Counted from the first letter of the whole stretch, positions 50,914 through 62,554 are shown. The stretch: 62,554 nucleotides of DNA, filler included, from Rhabdomonas costata (GCA_019059605.1; 32 parts of 32 records of this genome joined end to end with filler, not necessarily neighbours in it); one strand, 5' to 3'. Program-made: numbers and translations. Notes: a model not told the origin generated them from the sequence alone.

Positions 50914-51600
50914 GCGTGCGACGGGAACTGGGACTGGAGGCTGGAAGAGAAGACATGGCCTTGACGGCCTGCCAATGCAAGTGGGAGGGGCCGATGGGGA
51001 GGGCTGAGAGCATGTGCAGGTGCGCCCACGCCGAAACACAAATGCGCGCGGTGCTGGGACGAGGGGGACAAGAAAGGGTGAGAAGATAGGACTCAAAAGC
51101 AGAGAGGACGGAGGCCGCGGTGAAAGGGATACAGGACAGGGTGGCGTGCGTCCGAAGCCAAGTGATGAAGGCAGCCATTTGACGGCGGTAGACTTGGCGA
51201 GAGGAGGGTGCAAGGGAGAAGTGCGCAAGTTGAGCGAAGGACGGCCACCTCCGATGAAGGAGGGGGAGTAGGGTGCCTGCAGCCCGCTGAAAGCGAACGG
51301 CACCGTGGTTATCGGAGGGGGTCCCGGACGGGCAGGCTGAATCAGCGGGCATTGGCACGCCCAGTGTAAGGCCTGGCACACCTTGCACGGGCTACGAGGC
51401 GGAAGGCTACCATCATGTAGGTAGCCCTGTCCCGCCCAATAAAACATACGCCCCTGATACCCAACAAAAGATAGGGATAGGGATAGGGAGTGGGCTGCGT
51501 CGGTGCGGGCCCGCCTGGGCGGGTACCGGGGGAGGGGACAGCCGCAGGTGCAGGGCGTACTGGTTGCTTTGTGGATAAGGGAGCGTCGAAGTTGGAGCTC
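50914..51600 (-). mobile_element. Tyrosine-recombinase element: gag-like zinc knuckle overlapped by the YR N-terminal SAM-like domain
   Basis: One frame gives GYLHDGSLPPRSPCKVCQALHWACQCP (CX2CX3HWX3C); an overlapping frame gives SLAPSSRQVYRRQMAAFITW...FESYL...STARICVSAWAHLH, the DIRS-type integrase N-terminus; no introns. Confidence 0.7.
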
Positions 51601-53024
51601 ATCGGTTCAGTGACAGGAAGGAAGGAAGAAAGAGAGGGCCGGCAAAAGAAAAAAGAATGTCTAGGAACGTGATGAGAAGGAAAAGACATCGGGGAAACGT
51701 CAGATTTCACCCGAACCATCCCAAACCCCACGTCTGAGACAGCTTTTGTGGCAACACCGGGTGAGCATATGCCTTGCTTTCGTGGCTTAGGCACCTTACC
51801 TCCTGCTCCTCTGCCGGAGCCCACCAAGCGGTTCTGCCTGTCCTGTGAGGCCCCGGAGCTGCTTCCGTTGCGGTGCCAGGGCGGTGCAGCGTACGCCCTG
51901 CGGCGTTCCCCACTAGCGCCCCCTTCAGAAAGGCACCCGCAGCCTTTGCTGCAAGAACTGCTGCCCCATGGCCACAGCCTGCGCCGGGAGCTCGCGGGGG
52001 TGCGGGACTACGTGCCCATCTTTGTCACCCAAGACGAGGGAAAGAGAAGGCCCCGCAAAGGGCAGTAGGGCCCGCCCCATCTGTGTGTTGTACGTGTGCA
52101 TGAGTTCATGTTTGTGGGGTGGCGGACCACTGCACCTCTTTTGGATTGCTGTGCTTCGGGTGTGCCCTGTGCTTTTGTCTCAGAAAACGCGAGCCCCCCC
52201 CAGATGCCACTTTTTGGATGCGTCGTATAAGTTGAAGAAAAGTGGCGTTCTCATTTGGCGTGTGAACTTCGCAGACGCCCACTTGTCTTCGTTAATTGGG
52301 CTGAAAATCCGAAAATGCTCTCCCTATGTTCAGACAGTGTTTTGGTCTTTGGCAACGAACTTTCCGAGTACGTTGTGTAATCCTCATCTGCGGATCCTCA
52401 CCAATCCTCCGGAGCCTCATTCCTTACCTTGCTTCCTCCTTACTTCGTCCCAAACCCATACCCATCGGACCAGACCTGAGACCTAACATTGACCTCAGAG
52501 CTCGAGCCAGAGTTGTGGGTTGGTGCTCTTAATTGGTGGTATGGTTATACTCGTCAGATGAGTTCCCAATCTGGACTTCTCTGTGCCGAGATATGATGAT
52601 ATGATCCCTTCAACGTCCAATCTGGGCCTATTAGGGCTTTTTGACCGTGAAAATTACCAAAAGCTTCCCGGCTTGCCTTGTTATAAAAGAAAGAACTTTA
52701 GTCTGGCACACCGTTCACCCACCTGCAGGCCGGTGTTCCAGCAACGATTTTTCTACCCCCCCCAACNNNNNNNNNNNNNNNNNNNNNNNNNNNNNNNNNN
52801 NNNNNNNNNNTTAATTAATTAANNNNNNNNNNNNNNNNNNNNNNNNNNNNNNNNNNNNNNNNNNNNGGGGGTGTGGTAAAGGAAGAAAATTCTAGGGAAG
52901 CGAGGGAAGGGGAGTCGTATTTGTGGGTAATAATAATTTCAATATGGGTATGTATGCGTAATGTGGGTGGGCTGATGACTCAGTCATGGGTTGTTCACTC
53001 TGCTATCCTTGTGGCGTGGCACAG

Positions 53025-53875
53025 GAGGTTTGAGCACCAGGCGGACGCCTTTTCCGTGAAGATGGGCTACGGGAAGCCATTGCGCGCAGGTGCAGCAGAC
53101 ATCAGTCGGCCCTCTGAGCAGTCAGGCGAGAGAACCACCTTCTTTAATCCACACCTCACACATCCAAAGTCCATAGAACCCGACCCATCCTCCGATCTCA
53201 GATGTGAGCGGTCCCAAGTCGTCCGTATCAATCGCACAGTTGTAGAGAATCCAAGGAGCAGCGTTTAGGCAGGAGGGCAGGCAGGCGGAGATGGTTCCTT
53301 GCTGAACCACTCCGCTGATGTCGAAGCTCCAGTAACTCCAGTAACGCAATGAGATTACTCAGCGGCTCAGCCTAGAGTTCACCGCTTATTCTGCCCACTT
53401 TCTGCTATTTTCTGAGTGGTTATGAGAGAGGAACGGTGGTGTGCACACTGATGGCGCGGTCCCCACATCCACCCAATCCGGCTTGAGTCCAGAAATGGCC
53501 CGAATGACCGAATGCACGAATGAACCCACCCGCAGAAGGCACCCAGCTTGCACTCCAAATGGGCACCCGGGTTCCCTCACCTCGAGGAAGGTGGAGCTTG
53601 CCGCACTTGAGTTGAGCTGTCAAACGCAAACCGACAAGCACTGCACGAGCTGCCCACCCGCTGAGCGTGAGGATGCGAGAGTACTCCAACGCGAAGCATT
53701 TCACTTCTTCTTTCGTTGGGCGATTAGCGGACCAGAGTAAATCATGTTTCTGTCTTGTCGTGTTTGCCTCCACAGGGCTTCTGCGGATCACGGCCCGCAA
53801 CAAGGGCAGCGTGGACCCGGATCCGCTGTACTGCTTGTACCACCACTCTCACCCCTCACTGGCTCACCGCCTCAG
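53025..53875 (+). CDS. STE24: CAAX prenyl protease 1 (peptidase M48), exons 53025-53089 and 53776-53875
   Basis: RFEHQADAFSVKMGYGKPLRAG|LLRITARNKGSVDPDPLYCLYHHSHPSLAHRL has the ExxAD and DPLY..YHxSHP..RL motifs. Confidence 0.9.
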
Positions 53876-55620
53876 GTAAATTGGGTCGAGTTTGAGCAAA
53901 AAGCAGGCGCGCTGCAATGACTGGGGCGAAATTTTATAACATCGTTTCAGGAGAACCTTGTTCTGGTGGTACAGATTGTTGCCAGTAGCACACTTTATGG
54001 GCATTTCGCTGAGCATACTTGGTAGCGTGCTGTCCGCCCAACGTCAGGTGTGTAAGGGGGGTTTTTGCGCCCCGCTCTCCTGGCAGGAAAAACGGCGGGT
54101 CTCTGCATAAGGAATCTCATCATCAGACATCTCAAAGAGAATCGGGTTATCACAAACAAAATTAAAAGAGACTGCGACGTTCCTAACCTCACCCCATTGC
54201 CGACCCCATCAGCAAGACAAAAGCCTACTTGTGAAGATAAAACGCTTTCAGCCTTTTTTTTTTCATCACCTCATGGGCAATGCTAGCAGGCATACAGTTC
54301 TGTGTGCCACGCTCACCCAGATATACCCTTGCACCTTCGATTTCCCGTTATTAATGGGGCACAGGTACATTGCGGAGTGTGAGCAGAAGTTTTCCAAGAA
54401 GACCATGTGAGACCCCTCGGCTCACCTTTTAGTGCCCCGAATACGACGACAACAGAATACAAGGAGCGATTTCTAAATATCAGCTCCCCCAGCACCACCC
54501 CTGCGTCAAGTTTTTATGTTTCTCTCTGTCTCTCTCGCTCTCGCTCTCGCTCATCGAACCACTCGTCGCCTTCCTCAGCTCAGCCTTGGAAACGGGGAAC
54601 GTCACCATCTCTTTTTGTCTTAGCATTAAGTTAGGTTTGGGGTCAACAGTGCGAGAAAGCTGATGCCAGCCGGTGCCACGGGAGGACGCGTGTTGGGCAT
54701 CAGCTTTCTCGCACTGTTGACCCCNNNNNNNNNNNNNNNNNNNNNNNNNNNNNNNNNNNNNNNNNNNNTTAATTAATTAANNNNNNNNNNNNNNNNNNNN
54801 NNNNNNNNNNNNNNNNNNNNNNNNACCCTCACCAAGGGCCAAAGTACTGCCTCGACCGCTGACGTTGGAACCAGGGGGTCATCCTCGTTGGGTGCACCAA
54901 GATTAAATTACCCCCCAAAAAAACTACTGCCCCCTCCTTTTGGTGAAAGAGTTTGTCAAACTGTGGCAGAAGAGTGTTTCCATATTTCGTATTTACATAG
55001 GACATAATATTGTGAAAAAAAAACTGGTCCACTAAAATTGGAAATCATGCACATACACATACGCATGCACCACCCGGTCAAGGTGTGTTGCCCCGGTGTT
55101 GGATCTGTTTGCGTTTCTTGTGACCTTTTTTGCTCGTCGAAGGAGGTTGGTGTCCTCTGCACCTACTCACCTTCACCCTAATATGAGACTGCAACTCACT
55201 GTCTGCGTTTGTCACGAGTTGTCACGAGCACTTGGGCCAAAAGCTTGTTCACCCTCATTATTGAATCATTCTCAAATAATTGAGAATGGCATACAAAAAA
55301 ATTCTGATAACAATTCTCATAACGGCACTCAGCGTGACGTTGAAATGGTACCCAAAACCTCGTTGTAACGGTTCCGCGCCGATCTGGGAAGCAGGGCACG
55401 AAGATGGTGGGGTTTCTGTGCAGGGGTACAGTTTGATGGGCACCACTTGCCGGTATAAGGCAAAGTACTGCACAGTGGTGTTCTATAAGCCCGACAAGGG
55501 GACCGCTGCGAACCCCTCCACTTGGGTCGCCTCTGCGACCTCCCCGGTTCCAGGTCTTCCCTCGTTTTTACCGTCCCATAAGTTTGGTTTTTGCATTCCC
55601 TGTTTGTATTTCCTTTGCAG

Positions 55621-56389
55621 GACACCTCGCAGCCGCTGATGACGATTAACAGATCGGCAGGTGGTCGGATGGAGGTGAACTTCAGCGACAGGTTGGCCAG
55701 CTTACTACGGGAAGTCCGTGTTCTTTCGGCGATGGGCCTGGTGATTCCCCAGGTGTGTAGGTGAAGTCCTCCTTTGTTCTCTTGTGTTCATGATCCCTCG
55801 GCCTTTCGCTTCAGTCTTCCAGCAGCACCAGCCACATATCCTCCTCTGCCTCCGCACGTCCGGGGCGCCATAGAAGTGGGGCCTTGGGGCTCATACTTGG
55901 TGGGAGGAATCATATGGACCAATGCATTACCTAACCCCCGTAAACTTAAAATTACTTTCTCTACGTACTCTGGTGGTTTCTAGCAAAGTTTGCAGCTGCT
56001 TGACTGAAAGAAACGCCTGGAAAAGGGCTTCCTTCGACTTGACTGGACTAACTTTGCGTTCTTTCCACTCTCCTTCCCCGTTGGATTCCGGTGGGCGGCC
56101 TTCACCCTTGATTTCCTGACACAACAATCCACGCACGCGCCCACACCACATACACGCACCCTTCCCATCCCAGTCGGAGTGCATCGTTCCATTACTTCTT
56201 CACTTTCATTTTCAGGAGATCGGCAAGGTATGCGCCAACGCCAGCAAGTTCTACCGCCACGCCCTGGCCATGAAAAAGGTGGCGAACTACTATAACAACC
56301 TGGACAAGACCCTGACCCGCACCCACCTGCCCATCCTTCTGGGGCACGCCCAGAAGTTCGAGGCTCTTGTGGCCCAGAACAAGAAGCTG
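55621..56389 (+). CDS. DYNC2H1: Cytoplasmic dynein-2 (IFT) heavy chain tail, exons 55621-55752 and 56216-56389
   Basis: MEVNFSDRLASLLREVRVLSAMGLVIPQ|EIGKVCANASKFYRHALAMKKVANYYNNLD matches dynein-2 YSDRLVxLLREVRQLSALGFxIP...LKQVAHFYN. Confidence 0.8.
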
Positions 56390-57287
56390 GTATGTGATCC
56401 ACCCACCCTATCCTTATCTGCCACGGACTTTCTCATTTGGGATGGAGGCTGGTTCATGGATGAGGGGAGGCAATTGACGTTCGCCGTGTGGACGTGCGGC
56501 GCCCCCCGCGCCTCCCGTCCCCGGGAGCACACCGCCCGCTTCAAAGGTGTCAAAGGTGTAATTTTAAACGTATTCTCCGCCAAAAAAAAACTTGGACTTC
56601 CAGAACGTCATGTGAAAAGTGTGAAAAGTGTGAGCAAGACGCAGGGCAGAGAGGAGAAGTAATAGGATCAGCGCCCAACACAANNNNNNNNNNNNNNNNN
56701 NNNNNNNNNNNNNNNNNNNNNNNNNNNTTAATTAATTAANNNNNNNNNNNNNNNNNNNNNNNNNNNNNNNNNNNNNNNNNNNNTTTTTTGGGTAGCTAGT
56801 GTCTCTTTTTTGAACAAAAGGATTGGCTATGGTGTGGAAAAGGCAACAAGCGATGTTTCTGCCTCTACTGAGTGCTTGCGTAGGCTTGGAGGGTGGATGA
56901 GGCTTGGAGGGTGAGGGTCCCTCCCGAAAAGGCTTCAGTGTGGCGGAGCCTCGTTCCTGGGTCGTGGACTTTGAGCTGAATCATCGCTTGTTGCCTTTTC
57001 CACACCATAGCCAATCCTTTTGTTCAAAAAAGAGACACTAGCTGCTCAATTTGCCAAGGGGTGGCGGCCACTGCGCGCGCACAATGTTCTCGAATACTTG
57101 GTATGCTTGATCCATGCCAATATTAGCAGGATTCTTTGGGGAGAGACAATTTGCCATCAGGACGGGAGCGAAGGGTCATCTCTGCCCTTGCGATTCTCAA
57201 CAGGGCACGTTCCGACCTTCTTGCTGTTGGGATAATATTCCATCCTTTTGCTCGCTTTTTCTCCCTTTATCGAATGGGGTTATGCAG

Positions 57288-58289
57288 GGCCTCGGTTGGG
57301 TCCTCGTGGTGGGCACGAAGAAGTCCGTCTGGATGTCCTACATCAACGAAGGGCTGCCTCAGACCATCGGATACATCGCGGCTTGCATTGTTGGGTTCTC
57401 CCACGCCGCTTTGTTTGTTTTTCCACACTTATATTCCCCTTCGCCATCTCAAAAATGGGAGTTGGTGGTCCAGCGACCGAGCCGTAGTGGTTGTGACTCT
57501 CCTCCCAATGCCATGAACCCACGGTATATGACTCAAGTTAGAATTGAGCTGAGTTGAACCCCCAGTAAGAGTTTAGCCATTACTCTGGCCGGAGCGACAG
57601 GATGGTCACAATCCAGTATGTGTGGTTGTAGCATAACGTAGTTGCATAGGGTAGACATCCCTTCTTACGGTCTTTCTGACGGTCAGCGGGGGCTCACCTC
57701 AAAAAGCAACAACCTAAAAAAATGCACTCTAAATTAAGCATATTTGGACTTAGAAGGTGAAAAGGAGTGGCGAAAATAACTGGTTTCTTCGGCCTGGTCT
57801 TTGCGTGTATACCCCCTGCCTGCAACATTTGGGGGTGACGTGGGTCATATTTCCACTCTCCCCTCTCCTTCCCTCCAGAGCTCGTCGCACCGCGGTTCAG
57901 TGATTCGCTGAGGGTTTATAAATGACCTCCGCCTAGCAGTCAAATTGAAAGGCGATTTGCACCCGAGAAGCGGCCAGGAAGGAAAATGAGAAATCCCCGC
58001 CGGAGGAAGCAAGTTCTCCACGATGACAATGCTGCGTGCACACGGTGTGTGTATTTGGGGGGTGAGGGGTGCTCCTTCTCCTTCCGTCTTCCGTCAGGCT
58101 GAGTCTTATGCTTCTGGTGATGGTGTGGCTGGCGATGTTCCCGCTGCAGAAGGTCATCGCACAGCTGGTGCTGCTGCAAGAGATGGACCTGAGGATGGTA
58201 AGGCCCTTCCACAGGCTGAGCTGGCTGGGCGAGGTGGCGACGTTGCTGGCCTTCAACTGCCTGGCCGCCGCGTTGAAGGAGTACCGCAA
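57288..58289 (+). CDS. Membrane receptor fragment (end of Cache-like domain, TM, HAMP), probably a receptor adenylate/guanylate cyclase; exons 57288-57394 and 58098-58289
   Basis: GLGWVLVVGTKKSVWMSYIN, a long hydrophobic TM, then PLQKVIAQL..LQEMDL......SWLGEVATLLAFNCLAAALKEYRK (HAMP plus pre-cyclase LxEY motif). Confidence 0.65.
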
Positions 58290-58779
58290 GTGTGCCTAAT
58301 CCTCTGGCCCTCTCTCTGGCTGCGCGTGCACACACATACACACACACAAACACACGTAACGAGCGAAGGCAAGCACGACCGAGTGAGCCGAGAGGAAACC
58401 CGCAACGAATCCAAAATGAAGATTAGCAGGGGCTAAGCGAAGAGCAGAAGACGGAGAAGGGCAATGGACAGTCGCGAATCGATGAAAGGTGGCAGTTGCA
58501 CCTGCTTCAGCTCATTGGACACCAGCGACAGCAGATAGAGCTTGAGCCCCTCAGCGCCCCCCAGCGCCGCCGCACGCGGCAACGGTGTGTGAGGTTCGGG
58601 CTGTCCCTTAACAGATCAGGCTGCAGGTTCTCCTACACACANNNNNNNNNNNNNNNNNNNNNNNNNNNNNNNNNNNNNNNNNNNNTTAATTAATTAANNN
58701 NNNNNNNNNNNNNNNNNNNNNNNNNNNNNNNNNNNNNNNNNGTGGGTCATCGGTAAGCTCTTTGAGGGACATCTGGGGC

Positions 58780-59680
58780 TGTGTTTAAGGCCCTCCTGGA
58801 AACCTACTCCGACCGTGTGCCCACACTGACTCCGGAGAACGTCGCCGACTTGATCCGCCAGGACACGTTTGCATTGATCGTGCACTGCTCTCCTGCGGAG
58901 GTATGCGTCATGAACAAATCTGGGTGGGTTCCGTGCTTTTGTTGGCGCCCATTGGCTACTGCGCCCCTGATTTTGCCACCCCCACCCCCCTCCCTGGGCG
59001 GACCCGGGAGTATGTCTTCATGCCCTTCGACCTGCCAACGCGTTAATACAATGCAGAAGTCGTAACCATCGGCCGCCTGTTCTTTACCTTAAAGAACGTT
59101 AACCGCTTTTCAGGCGCGGTCTTCCAGTGCGTACTTCCAACCTTTCTCAGCATGTCTCTTGTCTGGACTTGGTCGCTGAGGTGAACGAGGTTTCCAAGAA
59201 CCTTGTCGACGGCAACACAGGTGCGTATGATAGGGAGTACCTTTCCACCTGCCTGTCCCCCTAGCTGTTTCAGAATGTTAGTGTATGAGCAGCCCCACTG
59301 ACATGATTCTGGAATGTTGTCAAATCATATGCTGATATTTTCAGGTTGTCTCGCATTGTTGATGTCGAGAAAGACAGTGATATTGGTGGGTGCGTGTGAT
59401 GTTTTGTCACCCGCCGCTGTTCCTGTTCCAGTCATCGCCTTGGTGGACGATCTGGAGTGGGCCCAGGAGTTTTGGCCCGTGGATGCTCGCCCAGCTCTGG
59501 ACGTCGCGGAGCAGCCCCATATCGCTGTGGTGAGTGGAGGCATTCCCAAGATCGCTTTGGGCGGGCCTTTCACTGCTCTGGGGATGCTGCATGCCCTACT
59601 CGGGGTAATGTACAATGCCATGCCTGGATACCCTGGTGGGGTGTTCCCGGCTTCCTCCTTGGCGGAACTGCGAAGGGAGG
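58780..59680 (+). CDS. Hypothetical protein exons (about 58780-58900 and 59432-59680)
   Basis: GC3-rich frames VPTLTPENVADLIRQDTFALIVHCS and IALVDDLEWAQEFW... with AG/GT flanks; weakly thioredoxin-like. Confidence 0.35.
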
Positions 59681-60731
59681 TGAGATCTTCAACTGTAGTT
59701 GTCAAGCTTGTTTGAAGAACTGCCGGATGCCAACAAACCACTCAATATTCACTTCTGTTGGCTTCTCCATCGCCATGCCTTCTAGTTGCCCACCCCGCGA
59801 GTGGCTTTTTTTGGCACTCCCATCTCACTCAGTGGCGAGTACTGGAGAGGTGCTTCTTTTGGTTTAACTCATTTGGACAATGATTGAAGAAGGTTGCACC
59901 TTCGAATGGTGCTTTGCCAGGTTGTATTTCTGTCGTGGACTGGAGTGAAATGCTCGGCGCCAGGTAATAGCATGGGGACGCTGAGAGTGGTTTTCAACCG
60001 GACATTGCTGCATGGGGGTGGGGTTCGTACGTTTCTACGTATTGCTTGCCCTTTAGTATCCTGAATGAATGATTATGCAAAATTGAATTGATTGCTAACT
60101 ACACAACAACGTACCAATGCGCGCAGCACGCGCGCACGGGCACGCGGACTGCAGGTGGAAGAGCGATCCGTGCTAGTTGTCGGGATTTTTCCTGACCTGG
60201 GGCCAGAAAACGTATGCCTGCTGATGATGCACACTCTATTTCCATCTCTCCGCTTGTGTGCTAACTTCCAGGGGCAGGTCTCTCCTCTCCTCTGCAACTG
60301 CAAGGGAAGGCGAGAGCTTGCAGAAAGAAAGGGACAACAAGAGGTAGCATGTTGACAAGACTTGTCAGCCAGTTAGAAGTCAGCAAAAGAAAATCTGTCT
60401 GGACTTTGTTAACACCGAAAATTTGCCTCTCATTGACGCGAGGTTGACTTGCGAGAAGCATTGAAGCATTAAGTTTCTACTCAGATCTTTGAACCTTATC
60501 GATTTGGGTTCCAATCTTGAGTGTATATCAACGAGTGTGTATCAACGATTGGCCCTACCCTTTGCAAAAGTTACAGGACTATTTTGACCCCACAACCCNN
60601 NNNNNNNNNNNNNNNNNNNNNNNNNNNNNNNNNNNNNNNNNNTTAATTAATTAANNNNNNNNNNNNNNNNNNNNNNNNNNNNNNNNNNNNNNNNNNNNTT
60701 TGTTTGCACTGCTGCTATTTTGCCTGAGCAG

Positions 60732-61975
60732 GGTTTGTGCCACCCGTGGCTCTACCCCCAATGGAGACGCGCAAGGCCGCGTTACTTTCAGAGAACCCCG
60801 TGCTGCTCCAGCTGCACATGGAGTTGGTGCAGAGCGGGGTAATCACCGACGAGGAGTTCTGGGCCACATCTGCCAACAAGGTTGTGATTGCGGTGTGGGG
60901 ACGAATGGAATTGGAGGAGGTATTGAGTGCCGGGAGTGCCGGGCATTGCTTGCTTTCTTTTCTATGTTTCCATGTTCCCCTGCCTCTGCTCATCATAGAG
61001 GCTTCTGGTGTGTGCCACGCCCCAGCCCACCGGAACGCGATCGCAGTTCTTCCTCGCTGAGGTCCCCATCCGTCACGAGCCCGGCCAGATCGTGTGCACG
61101 CTGAACGAGCGCAGCATCCAGGACATCTTCAGGGTCTTCGTTCGTCCTCTTCAACCCTTCGTCCCCTCCCTCCCCCCTCCTACTCCTTAGATCCCTCAGA
61201 AAGTCAATGTACAGCCATACTTATATGCAAATGTCACAGCAGTGGCACTCGCTTCCTTGCTGTGCGTGCTCCGGCCGTGAGGTCACTGTACCTTGTGCCA
61301 GAGCGTTCCCTCCCGCGACGGCCTCCAGTATTTTTTTGCGGGGGGGGGGAACGGGGCGGTAAACGTCTGGCACTGCTGAATAGTCCTGATTTTTCTGACC
61401 CCTCTTCAACTAAATAGTGTCTTTATACGCTGCACGAACAGCACACCTAATTCCACTCTGCTATTGAAAAACCATTCTACCCTTCCTTTCTCGCTCGGAA
61501 GCTGGCGGGACCTGTGCTATGTGAGGTGCCACGTACGGCTGGCTTTGACTATGTTCTTTCCCAAGCATTACTGAAATGAAACTAGTTGCAACCTGCAAAA
61601 AAAAATGATCGACTGGCACGATCCCCCTTCTCTTTAGAGAGTGAATGACTAAAAAGTTGATTTCGTTGAGGTGACCTTATTTTTTGTTCAGGAGTTCCCC
61701 CACTTGCAGCAAGCCTACAAAGAGCAGGTTCCTGCCAAGGTTTGCATTGCGATATGCCTCTCGACATTATTGTGCATGAATTTTGGGTTCTTCTGGGTTT
61801 TTTGTTAAGAAGTGCTTGAGTTTGGTCCAGTGCTTCCAATAGTTTTTGACTTCTTCCTCGCGCTTTACCTGTCAGATGTCCGAGAAGGCCTTCTGGCAGA
61901 GTTTTATGCGGGGGCAAGTTCTTGGGCGCCAGGATGGCGACACTGGCAGCTTCCTCGCCGCCGCCCTCGCGGAAG
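60732..61975 (+). CDS. GTF2H1: TFIIH p62/Tfb1 subunit (two BSD domains), exons 60732-60880, 60999-61133, 61692-61739, 61876-61975
   Basis: LLSENPVLLQLHMELVQSGVITDEEFWA and IQDIFR|EFPHLQQAYKEQVPAK|MSEKAFWQSF are the BSD1 and BSD2 signatures. Confidence 0.88.
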
Positions 61976-62033
61976 GTGTGCGCTCACTTCCCACATGCCC
62001 ACACTCGCGTTCCACCACGCACACGGACACACA

Positions 62034-62034
62034 C

Positions 62035-62070
<36 letters not shown>

Positions 62071-62083
62071 ACAACAACAACAA
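62034..62083 (+). repeat. Intronic (CAG/CAA)n microsatellite
   Basis: caacagcagcagcaacaacagcaacagcagcagcaacaacaacaacaa downstream of the p62 donor site. Confidence 0.85.
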
Positions 62084-62554
62084 AAGGCAACACCGTTGCC
62101 AGAATTGTCGACTGTAACGCCTATCAGATGATCGAGAAAAAAGCAGTTCCCGCATCAGCCAGCGCGTCACGCACTCACAGCGTCCGTACACGCATCACAC
62201 AGATGTGCGTACACACAAATAAGAGAGTACAAGTAAGCCTTCGCGCACAGCTTTGTAGCGGGGTCCCCACTTGGAACTGGGGATGATGAATGACGGTTTT
62301 CGCTGTTACTTCCTCATCATTCAACTGTCCATGTCCTTCTCAGACAAAGGGCCTCCCAGTGGCAGTTCCAGCTCACCCATCGATCTCACCCTGGAACGCC
62401 CAGAGAGGGTGGAGGTGTGGTGAATCTCCTTGCCTTCGGGGAGTGGGAGTTATTGCGATTTCTGATAACTCTGGCAAGGTATACTTATAAAATGATTCAT
62501 TGTACACTGCACTGCTTTTTGCTTTTTGCTTTGCTATGCCCACACCAACCCCCC

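Noticed and set aside
1860-60698. Regularly spaced TTAATTAATTAA as a CRISPR-like or biological repeat
   Set aside because: Always embedded in 44+44 Ns; it is a concatenation linker.
7850-61975. Euglenid nonconventional (non GT-AG) introns
   Set aside because: Every intron anchored by protein homology on both sides resolved as GT-AG; the short end-pairing in the Ste24 intron (GCAGACA/TGTTTGC) could be chance.
61922-62131. Polyglutamine protein
   Set aside because: The CAG/CAA run lies after the p62 donor site and is an intronic microsatellite.
1-62554. Gene cluster or operon linking the signalling genes
   Set aside because: Contigs are joined artificially, apparently by length, so adjacency is meaningless.

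Overview
This window is not a contiguous locus. It is 32 unrelated contigs of about 1.86 kb, joined by 31 artificial 100-nt spacers (N44-TTAATTAATTAA-N44). Contig starts are G/T-only, contig ends are C/A-only, and six ends fold back on themselves, which points to a whole-genome-amplified library. The DNA is from an intron-rich eukaryote with GC-rich exons and GT-AG introns whose donors are very loose after GT. A euglenid or other euglenozoan is my inference from gene content, not a proven assignment. Splicing exons by hand gives fragments of PARN, WDR12/Ytm1, SRP54, an NCS/CBL-type EF-hand protein, an FG-GAP repeat protein, a receiver-domain protein, a C2-domain protein, a bacterial-type O-methyltransferase, Vps34, a MAP2K-like kinase, MYG1, a DRP5-like dynamin, enolase, Ste24, dynein-2 heavy chain, a TM-HAMP receptor and TFIIH p62, plus transposon relics. 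The strongest novelty candidates are: (1) a PstS phosphate-binding domain spliced to a transmembrane helix and a cyclase-type linker, a possible cell-surface phosphate receptor; (2) a cyclic-nucleotide-binding domain fused to an Aralar/citrin-like EF-hand region; (3) a tyrosine-recombinase element with gag-then-YR order, as in VIPER/TATE/Kangaroo. All protein identifications come from remembered family motifs; no database search was run.
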